Of a stretch of 24,059 nucleotides of DNA, positions 1-6,936 are shown piece after piece. Under the pieces are notes generated by a model, which was not told the origin of the DNA, made no database searches, and saw only the letters and a program-made list of their open reading frames with translations. Both the position numbers and the translations under genes were made by a program. Within the stretch, counting starts at the first letter, position 1, and each line of letters opens with the position of its first letter. Source of the stretch: a virus (taxonomy: Duplodnaviria; Caudoviricetes); IMG/VR virus record IMGVR_UViG_3300017716_002518, positions 1 through 24,059 of that record; one strand, written 5' to 3'.

Positions 1-123
1 CGTTTCAGATAACCCTGTACACCCTTGAATTGGGTTGGGTGATACCCTTTAATGGTTGACTTTACAAGGAGGTCGTGTACGTGATTGGACTGCTGGGATT
101 GTCGTATAGGCGGCGGTAGTTTA
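1..123 (+). repeat. Terminal inverted repeat, left copy
   Basis: Base-by-base comparison: 1-123 is the exact reverse complement of 23937-24059; first mismatch at 124 vs 23936. Confidence 0.99.
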
Positions 124-1381
124 CCGCGAGATAGCGGAGTGCATCGACAAAATTTGAAGTCCAGTCATGCACTGGCTTTTGTCTAAAGCAAGCGCCAAGT
201 TCATCGTACTCCCTTCTATATTCACGCATAGCTCGAATTCCCATAGAACAACTTTTGTCTACTTTTATCATTGGAAAAATAAATCTTAGCGCCTCAATTC
301 CATCATCAACACTCAGCTTTGGTGTTATTTGAAAGAACCAACCAGCCTTTCTTGCTAACATTAATCGGCTTTCTGCAAGTTCCCAATTCTGGTTTTTTTG
401 TGTTACGTCATGAGGCATCCAATGATTTCCCCAATTACATCCCCACTGTTTTCTTAGGGAGTCCGCATGATCAAGATAGAACTTTAATCCTTGACCAGAA
501 CTATGAACGCAACCAATCAAATTAATATATCTTCCTTCAAGCTGATAAAGCCAAGCAACCGTCTGGTCGCTTGCGCCCAAATCCCAACATGAGTGAAGTG
601 GAAGGTTTGGGTTTGGTTTTAACGTACCAATTCTTCCCTCTCTATCCATATCAGATGTTTCACGAGTAAAGTATGCCCCCATATTCCCGCTATCAAAACT
701 GCAATAAAATTCTTGAGCTATAAGTTCATCAGACATTCCGCGCGATTTAATATCTTTAATGTCTTCATCGGTTATTATTCTTGTTCCGTCATGCTTAAAT
801 GTTTGCTCTACAGAAAGGTGTTCAATATGGTATTTTGGATTGTCTTTGACAGCTTCATATAAATCGAATAAATGGTTTTTGCCCCTTGGGGTGCTATTAA
901 TAATTTCAATGCCTTTATTCTGAACTATTATGGGGTTTAGATATTGTCGTGCAAGTGGATGATGAAGGGAAAACTCACTGTATATAATTGTTACAGGATT
1001 AGTGCCCATGAGGCTATCTGTATTATTTGATCCAGCTAGAACTAACTTAGAGCCATTTATTAGTTCCATAGTCATTCTTGCTTCGTTTTTTTTTGCTATT
1101 AAGCACGTAGGTATTGCTGAAATAAATGGTTTTCCGTCAAAATCGAGTCCTTCCCATAAAACAGACCTAGCTTGACTATACATTGGGAAAAGATAAACAT
1201 GCGTACCAATCCTTGTTAAGGCCCTAAGCAACCATAACTGTAGGCAACAGATGTCCTTGCCAGAACGACGATGAATTATGGATAAAATATTCTTGCCTTC
1301 CTGAACGGCTTTAAACATTCGCAATTGGTGAGAATATGGATTTATATTTGGCACTTTTATATACACTAAATATTGCTCCAT
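62..1381 (-). CDS. terL: Terminase large subunit (probable true start GTG at 1366)
   Basis: PYSHQ adenine-binding motif, Walker A HRRSGKD, Walker B-like IIYSEF, coupling motif STPRGKN, AQEFYCSF, RNase H-like nuclease motifs WDLG and HDWTSNFVDALRY. GGAG lies 9 nt upstream of GTG 1366. Confidence 0.95.
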   Translation of the reverse strand: MEQYLVYIKVPNINPYSHQLRMFKAVQEGKNILSIIHRRSGKDICCLQLWLLRALTRIGTHVYLFPMYSQARSVLWEGLDFDGKPFISAIPTCLIAKKNEARMTMELINGSKLVLAGSNNTDSLMGTNPVTIIYSEFSLHHPLARQYLNPIIVQNKGIEIINSTPRGKNHLFDLYEAVKDNPKYHIEHLSVEQTFKHDGTRIITDEDIKDIKSRGMSDELIAQEFYCSFDSGNMGAYFTRETSDMDREGRIGTLKPNPNLPLHSCWDLGASDQTVAWLYQLEGRYINLIGCVHSSGQGLKFYLDHADSLRKQWGCNWGNHWMPHDVTQKNQNWELAESRLMLARKAGWFFQITPKLSVDDGIEALRFIFPMIKVDKSCSMGIRAMREYRREYDELGACFRQKPVHDWTSNFVDALRYLAVNYRRLYDNPSSPITYTTSL

Positions 1382-2046
1382 GTTTTTCTAAGCACAACAT
1401 TAGCTATCGTTGATTTATTTACTTTATAAATATCCGCTATTTTGCTATAGCTGTATTCTGGATGCATTGCACGAATCTCTAAAACTTGACTTGCATTTAA
1501 TGTTGCTTTAGCTGAATTTTGCATTTGAATTTCATACCCAACCCATCGGCAATTTTCAGGACTATAACCAAAGTCATTATTTATTCTGTCAATAGACAAT
1601 GTATCTAAATACCCATTTTTATTAGCCCAATCAAGAAAGGAATTTGTACTACCTAGCCACTGATCACAAACTTTTATTCCACGACCACCATATCGAGCGT
1701 ATCGTTGGTGATTTGTATTATTACATCGCTTTACCATATCTTTAAATATTGACCGCAATCTTTTCTGGTCTTTAAATTCTTTAAGAATTCTCCCACATAA
1801 ACACGACTCAATCTTCCTTAAATCAGTTGGTCTAGATTGAAATTCTTTATAACATTTAGGACAAATTGCTATGCAAGCTCGAAACTTTTGTTTTGCATTA
1901 GAAGAACATAAAAAACCTAAGTCTTTTATAATTTTAAATCCATTGATTTCGTCTGGTAATTTCTGTAATTTAGGCATAATTAGTATGGGATTTAATAAAA
2001 GTATAGTGTACTTTATATAGTTCCCATATGGAACTCTTAAATACAT
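1366..2046 (-). CDS. Phage HNH-like homing endonuclease with C-terminal HTH (alternative start ATG 1977)
   Basis: RC..YGGRGIKVC..W..F..WA and LSIDRINND.GYSPENCRW motifs typical of phage HNH-like proteins; N-terminal CPKC/SCLCG; C-terminal QVLEIR..YSKIADIYKVNKSTIANV HTH. Confidence 0.85.
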   Translation of the reverse strand: MYLRVPYGNYIKYTILLLNPILIMPKLQKLPDEINGFKIIKDLGFLCSSNAKQKFRACIAICPKCYKEFQSRPTDLRKIESCLCGRILKEFKDQKRLRSIFKDMVKRCNNTNHQRYARYGGRGIKVCDQWLGSTNSFLDWANKNGYLDTLSIDRINNDFGYSPENCRWVGYEIQMQNSAKATLNASQVLEIRAMHPEYSYSKIADIYKVNKSTIANVVLRKTWSNI

Positions 2047-2067
2047 TAAGAACCTTTAAGAAGTAAA

Positions 2068-2433
2068 CTATAGCTCGCAATCTAATTCGCTAACCCAAAT
2101 TTGAACACAGCCATTGGGTACTTGATTCCTGCGTATAATAGTAAGCCAGTCGATTTGACTATCGTCAACATAAATTCCGGCGTATTGCAATGAATCCAGT
2201 AGGCATTTAGTTAGATTATCAATGTCGCGTTTGCGCTTATCGGGTGGGAAAACATTAATCACTACATTAAGTCTTTTAGAAATGTCAAAGTGACCTTTAT
2301 GTTTGTGAAGCATAATAATAGCATCGCGACGATAATTCTTTCCTTTGGCTCCTAGAATTACTCCATTAGAAGTATGCAAATAGTAATGATTAATAGTAGG
2401 AGGATAAGGCAATTCTAATCGCAGCATCATCAA
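2068..2433 (-). CDS. rusA: RusA-family Holliday junction resolvase
   Basis: LPYPPTINHYY N-terminus; catalytic PDKRKRDIDNLTK..LDSL and DDSQI motifs. Confidence 0.93.
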   Translation of the reverse strand: MMMLRLELPYPPTINHYYLHTSNGVILGAKGKNYRRDAIIMLHKHKGHFDISKRLNVVINVFPPDKRKRDIDNLTKCLLDSLQYAGIYVDDSQIDWLTIIRRNQVPNGCVQIWVSELDCEL

Positions 2434-2672
2434 TTAATGTCACATATATCATTGGTTGGTAAATACAATTCTTCTTCTCCTTCGCCTTGGTCAGTATTTT
2501 TTTTATCAGCTGAAAAGTCTATATCTATACCGTTTTCCTTAAGAATTGTCTCAGCAACTTGCTCGACTGCACTGTCAACTGTTTTTGTTCCAAATTTAAA
2601 CACCAAGCCAACGGCGAAAGCACTAACAATTAATATGGCTGGAAAAATAAATTTTTTCATATTACCCTCCAT
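2430..2672 (-). CDS. Small membrane-anchored protein (probable start ATG 2660); possible lysis accessory protein
   Basis: MKK followed by one hydrophobic helix (FIFPAILIVSAFAVGLVF) and an acidic tail; GGAGG upstream of ATG 2660; ATGA overlap with rusA. Confidence 0.65.
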   Translation of the reverse strand: MEGNMKKFIFPAILIVSAFAVGLVFKFGTKTVDSAVEQVAETILKENGIDIDFSADKKNTDQGEGEEELYLPTNDICDIN

Positions 2673-2726
2673 GGTGCGGCCTTCTGCGAAAAGAAGTGGA
2701 TAAAAAACGCATTAGGCCACATAGTC

Positions 2727-2891
2727 TCAACGTTTGGTTTTTTTACCAACTTTCATCATTGCAGATTCCATACCAGTCTGTCTGATTGCATCGTAGTTAG
2801 GTTCGTACTGAATTCGGTCTTTAACAATAGTGGAAGTTGGGCAGCAAACTTTAGTTGGATTACCCTGTGGGTCTGGATTACGTTTTAGCAT
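2727..2891 (-). CDS. Hypothetical 54-aa protein (not in ORF track)
   Basis: Hand translation [54 protein letters not shown]; AAGGAG 7 nt upstream of ATG. Confidence 0.7.
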   Translation of the reverse strand: MLKRNPDPQGNPTKVCCPTSTIVKDRIQYEPNYDAIRQTGMESAMMKVGKKTKR

Positions 2892-2953
2892 TTTTTTTCT
2901 CCTTTTCCAGGCATTTTCTTGCTTGGCATAGGCATCTTTTTTTTATCTTTCAT
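2885..2953 (-). CDS. Hypothetical 22-aa Lys/Met/Pro-rich peptide (not in ORF track)
   Basis: [22 protein letters not shown]; ATGA overlap with the upstream ORF stop, and overlaps the start of the downstream ORF. Confidence 0.5.
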   Translation of the reverse strand: MKDKKKMPMPSKKMPGKGEKKC

Positions 2954-3096
2954 TTTGATTTCCTTTTCTTTGGTTTCGATTTTCCTGCCTCTGAAAGAGC
3001 AATTGCCACGGATTGCTTTTGCGTCTTTCCGTGGTTCATCTCTGTTCTTATATTAGAGGAAATTGTTTTGCTAGAACTGCCTTTTTTCAATGGCAT
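2950..3096 (-). CDS. Small basic 48-aa phage protein (MPLKKG...KQxVAIALS type; not in ORF track)
   Basis: [48 protein letters not shown]; AGGGGGA upstream; motif recognisable from small phage proteins of unknown function. Confidence 0.8.
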   Translation of the reverse strand: MPLKKGSSSKTISSNIRTEMNHGKTQKQSVAIALSEAGKSKPKKRKSK

Positions 3097-3111
3097 ATGT
3101 TCCCCCTAGAC

Positions 3112-3327
3112 TCATTCTGACACAGCATCAATAATTTCACCAATAGCTTCAGCGGATTCTGAAACTGGTTGTACGTATTCAGACGCATCTTTCTCAGCAG
3201 CTTCAAGCAATCCCAACCAGTGCTTCGATTCAGCTAAATGGCCATTTAGAGCATTGATTTGATCCATATGTTGTTTTAGAGTAGCTTCTAAAAGTTCTTT
3301 TCTTTCTTTTAAAGATTGTAAATTCAT
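3112..3327 (-). CDS. Hypothetical coiled-coil protein
   Basis: Heptad-like N-terminal half (LKERKELLEATLKQHMDQINALNGHL); AAGGA upstream; operon orientation. Confidence 0.75.
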   Translation of the reverse strand: MNLQSLKERKELLEATLKQHMDQINALNGHLAESKHWLGLLEAAEKDASEYVQPVSESAEAIGEIIDAVSE

Positions 3328-3355
3328 TTTATTTCCTTTTTTGATTAAAATTGTT

Positions 3356-3775
3356 TTAATTAATTAAAACATCTAAATGCCCATAACCAGATTCCAATTT
3401 TAGCATATCACCTGCAACGGCATTAACACTAGCAGACCAGCAGACTACATTAACATATTTTAATTTGTAATCTGATTCAGCCTGCCAATTTCGCGCTTTT
3501 GTTATTACGCCATGATGCATGTCAGGTGTGATATTAAATGCATTAGATTGGTCTATTAATGTGCCATACACATCAATATGTTTATTAGCCAGTATAATAT
3601 TGCAGCTTATCATTGCGTTATATATATGCTCATTGGTTACTTCAAGTTCAGACGTTATATTAATAACATCATTTTTTTTTATTGTTGGAACGAGAACACT
3701 GTATACAACGGCTGGTATTTTATTGTAAATATCCAAATTTAGTACATTTTCATGTATATCTTGAGCATAAAACAT
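3356..3775 (-). CDS. Hypothetical beta-rich protein
   Basis: 139-aa ORF, TAATG-coupled to the preceding gene; AT-rich; no motif recognised. Confidence 0.7.
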   Translation of the reverse strand: MFYAQDIHENVLNLDIYNKIPAVVYSVLVPTIKKNDVINITSELEVTNEHIYNAMISCNIILANKHIDVYGTLIDQSNAFNITPDMHHGVITKARNWQAESDYKLKYVNVVCWSASVNAVAGDMLKLESGYGHLDVLIN

Positions 3776-4488
3776 TAAGCAGCTCTTCTAGCGGATAAAA
3801 ATCCATAACAAGACATTGTTGAAATAGTAAAGGTGGCTCTAGCACATAAATAAACAGTAGTAGTTGCACTTAAATTAAGTCTTCCTTGAACAAATGGTAT
3901 TGAAAAAGTAACTGCTCCTGGAACGAACGCAGCCATTCTTTTTACATTTCCATTAGTTGATGAAGAAAGAATGTTTATTGTTTGTGTAATAATACTACTG
4001 CTTCCACGTATGTCTGTTACAGAAGTAGCCGCATTAGGAAGAAACGCAAGTGCACCCCATATATCCCAATCGCCCGGATCTAAAGAAAATGAAGTAATGT
4101 TGGCTACAACGTTCGTTGTTAAAGATACGGCACTTCCTACGGGAATGACCGAAGTCAAAAACTCGCCTTGATATCCTGCTGGAGGACTTGTATTAGTTGA
4201 AACCCCTTTTACATTAACCCTCGATGTTCCTTTTGAAATTACGGAACTTCTAATGTCTGTATCAGCACCTTTATTATTAATAATTAAAGGATTGCCAGAA
4301 GATGAGTTATTAATAGCAAAATTATTTACAGCAGCAGAATTGGAGAATAAGTTTAAAATAATATTGCCATTAGCATCGTATATTTCGCTTATTCCGGGAG
4401 TTATTAATGTAGGTTGTATTGACCCTGCAAACGCACCATTGCCAGACTGTCCAGATAGCCCAACATCAACTTGATTTCTAGTAACCAT
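3775..4488 (-). CDS. Tail fibre-associated/receptor-binding-like protein, paralog 2
   Basis: Ser/Thr/Gly/Asn-rich; aligns over its full length with 4490..5209; shares the DANG..SAVN..G.DT.I..KG repeat with the tail fibre. Confidence 0.75.
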   Translation of the reverse strand: MVTRNQVDVGLSGQSGNGAFAGSIQPTLITPGISEIYDANGNIILNLFSNSAAVNNFAINNSSSGNPLIINNKGADTDIRSSVISKGTSRVNVKGVSTNTSPPAGYQGEFLTSVIPVGSAVSLTTNVVANITSFSLDPGDWDIWGALAFLPNAATSVTDIRGSSSIITQTINILSSSTNGNVKRMAAFVPGAVTFSIPFVQGRLNLSATTTVYLCARATFTISTMSCYGFLSARRAA

Positions 4489-4489
4489 A

Positions 4490-5209
4490 CTAACTCCTTC
4501 GTCTTGCTTGAATCATACCGTAAGCACTCACAGTAGAAACAGTAAAGGTTGCTTGTGCAATTAGATAAACGGTAGTCGTACTGGCTAACAATAATCTGCC
4601 CTGCGCTGTAGGAAGCACAAAAGTATTAGTACCTGGAACAAAAGGCGCATAATTATTATATGAAGCATTATAGTCAGAGCCAATTATTGCAGTAGGTAAT
4701 GTAGCGCTAGTATTGTTATAAGCTGCAACTAACTGTGTAATGTTGGTTGATACAGCCGTTACCAAAGCAACGGAACCCCATACATTCCAGTCACCGGCTT
4801 CTAATGTAATACTTGTAATATTGGCAGGTGTGGCTGTGGTTAAAGAGACTGCCGAACCAGATGCAACAACGCTTGATATAAATTCACCTAAATAACCTGT
4901 CGGCGGATTTCCATTAGTTTGAATTCCTCTAATATTAAATCCTGAAGTTCCTTTAGAATTTAATGTAATAGGTATATTGGTATCGCTACCAAAAGCAATA
5001 ATAGATGGACCACTACCAGATGGAGCATTAGTAAATGCTAAATAATTAACTGCACTTGCTTGTGGAGTAAGGTCTAAAACAACATTACCATTGGCATCTA
5101 AAATAGTTCCAATTTCAGGATTTGTTAATTCTGGGGAATCATTTCCTACAAATGCTCCAGAACCTGATTGACCTGAAAGGCCAACATCAACTTGATTTCG
5201 TGTAGCCAT
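4490..5209 (-). CDS. Tail fibre-associated/receptor-binding-like protein, paralog 1
   Basis: Directly follows the tail fibre; AGGAG RBS; same repeat module; C-terminal domain with GDW.VWG and terminal ARR. Confidence 0.75.
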   Translation of the reverse strand: MATRNQVDVGLSGQSGSGAFVGNDSPELTNPEIGTILDANGNVVLDLTPQASAVNYLAFTNAPSGSGPSIIAFGSDTNIPITLNSKGTSGFNIRGIQTNGNPPTGYLGEFISSVVASGSAVSLTTATPANITSITLEAGDWNVWGSVALVTAVSTNITQLVAAYNNTSATLPTAIIGSDYNASYNNYAPFVPGTNTFVLPTAQGRLLLASTTTVYLIAQATFTVSTVSAYGMIQARRRS

Positions 5210-5218
5210 CTATTGCTC

Positions 5219-6913
5219 CTATGCGATAGTTAATCCAGCAGAATTGGTTGTTCTAACGCGCCATGTTATGTTAGCAACAATACAAGTCACATAGATATTA
5301 TCACTTGCTGCAACGCTTGCTAAACTTCCGGCAGACGTTGTTGTAGCACTTCCAATTTTAATGGTTTGTCCAGTATTGGCTGCTAATACCCAGCCAGCAG
5401 CCCCTAGCCCTTCTACTGCTACAACATCGCCAACCGCAGCCGTTGCAGGTAATGTAATTGTAGTTAAGCCTGCGTTGCCAGATACATATCCGTGATTAAC
5501 GGATGCAGCCTGAGATGTTCCGGCGATAGTTGACCAAGTTAATCCACTTGCTGGTGGTATATCGGTTAGCCATGCGACTGTACCGTTTGAATCTTGCCAA
5601 GTAGCTGTACGTGTAGCCGCAGTATTGGCAAAAGAAAAAATAGTAGCATGCTGGTATGCCGTACCCGACCTAAAATAAACTGGAGTATTACCTGTTGATG
5701 CAAAATTATGAAATCCTTCACCTTTAGCAAAATAGCGAATATCGATGTCAGTGTCAGCTCCTAACGCTTGTATTACAGGGCCAAAACCAGTAATGGCATT
5801 TTCAAACCTAATATAATTTACAGCACTGGCTACGCCAAATAATGATAATATAAGAACGCCGTTTGCATCATAAACAGAATTAGTATTATTAAATTGAACG
5901 CTATTAAACTGAACGTCTGCATTTTGGTCAATATCTTGAGGAGTAGATAAAATAGGATTCTGTGGGTCGGTTGCATCTACAATAATTTGATTTACTGTAC
6001 CGATAATGCTATCAACAATACCGCCAGCAAGCTGATGCCATGAAGCCCCTTCATATACTTCAAGAGCTTGCAGCGTAGTATTGTATCGCACCATGCCATC
6101 AGTAGGACTTGCTGGCCTTTGTGCTGTTGTTCCACTGGGCGGTTTAAAATACTCTAATCCTGGCATTATTAAGTTATTAGCCAAGGCAAAGACTGGATTT
6201 CCGACAATGCCTGAACCATTTGTCAAAGTAATTTGATTTGCTGTGCCAGTTAGTAGTCGCGTTAGCTGAACGCCTGTTGTATTCGTATTAACGACAAGAC
6301 CAGATGCTAAATCACCCATGATTTGGGCATTAGGAAGTTCAGAGCCCGCAGTAGTCTTAATAAGGTAGGTAGCAGTCTTTGGAGCGACTCCTCCACTTGC
6401 GGGTACATCATAAACAATAATCGCTGTATCAGCGTTATTCTTAGCCCAGATTTGGTTTGCACCAAGAACTGGAAGAATATTATCAACTACAGGTTCAATG
6501 ATTGCAGAGACATTATAGTGTGGTGCTAAAACCGCATCATACATTTGGTTTTGCTGGTCAATAAGCGTCAGTAATCCAAAGTCTTGGTTAAGCATTGAAG
6601 GAGTAAAATTAGTGTTAATATAGAGATTTTCTCGGTCGGAAGGTGTGTTTCGAGCGATGGTAATAATATCACCAGCTGTTCGACCTACAGCGAAAGTAAC
6701 TCTTGTTGTTGCAGTCGCTCCAATAAACGTTACAGTATAATCAGCAGTGTTAACCAATTGAGTAACATCGTCTGGGTCAACGCCTGATGCTCTTGCGTAG
6801 ACATCAATATCTGTTGTTGCGTCTGCTGTAAATAAGGTATTAAAAACAGTTTGTGCGGCTGACGAGGTAAATTGCTCGCGTGGTGTTACGTCATTGATAA
6901 TGACTTGTGTCAT
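5219..6913 (-). CDS. Tail fibre protein
   Basis: N-terminus PREQFT..QTVF..F..DIDVY..DYTV..ITIAR resembles the T7 gp17-type tail anchor; fibre motifs PSGTTAQRP..GMVRYN and TITLPATAAVGDVV. Confidence 0.88.
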   Translation of the reverse strand: MTQVIINDVTPREQFTSSAAQTVFNTLFTADATTDIDVYARASGVDPDDVTQLVNTADYTVTFIGATATTRVTFAVGRTAGDIITIARNTPSDRENLYINTNFTPSMLNQDFGLLTLIDQQNQMYDAVLAPHYNVSAIIEPVVDNILPVLGANQIWAKNNADTAIIVYDVPASGGVAPKTATYLIKTTAGSELPNAQIMGDLASGLVVNTNTTGVQLTRLLTGTANQITLTNGSGIVGNPVFALANNLIMPGLEYFKPPSGTTAQRPASPTDGMVRYNTTLQALEVYEGASWHQLAGGIVDSIIGTVNQIIVDATDPQNPILSTPQDIDQNADVQFNSVQFNNTNSVYDANGVLILSLFGVASAVNYIRFENAITGFGPVIQALGADTDIDIRYFAKGEGFHNFASTGNTPVYFRSGTAYQHATIFSFANTAATRTATWQDSNGTVAWLTDIPPASGLTWSTIAGTSQAASVNHGYVSGNAGLTTITLPATAAVGDVVAVEGLGAAGWVLAANTGQTIKIGSATTTSAGSLASVAASDNIYVTCIVANITWRVRTTNSAGLTIA

Positions 6914-6936
6914 AACTTAACTCCCTCTAATTATTT

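Noticed and set aside
1366-2046. Group I intron in terL
   Set aside because: The HNH ORF fills nearly the whole insert and abuts the terL start, leaving no room for an intron core; terL is intact downstream.
2855-3109. Phe-rich 84-aa plus-strand ORF resembling a membrane protein
   Set aside because: It is the antisense mirror of Lys-rich minus-strand micro-ORFs that have proper RBSs.
3775-5209. Diversity-generating retroelement as in BPP-1 (template/variable repeat pair)
   Set aside because: No reverse transcriptase is present, the paralogs differ at all base types, and the terminal repeats are identical rather than adenine-mutated.
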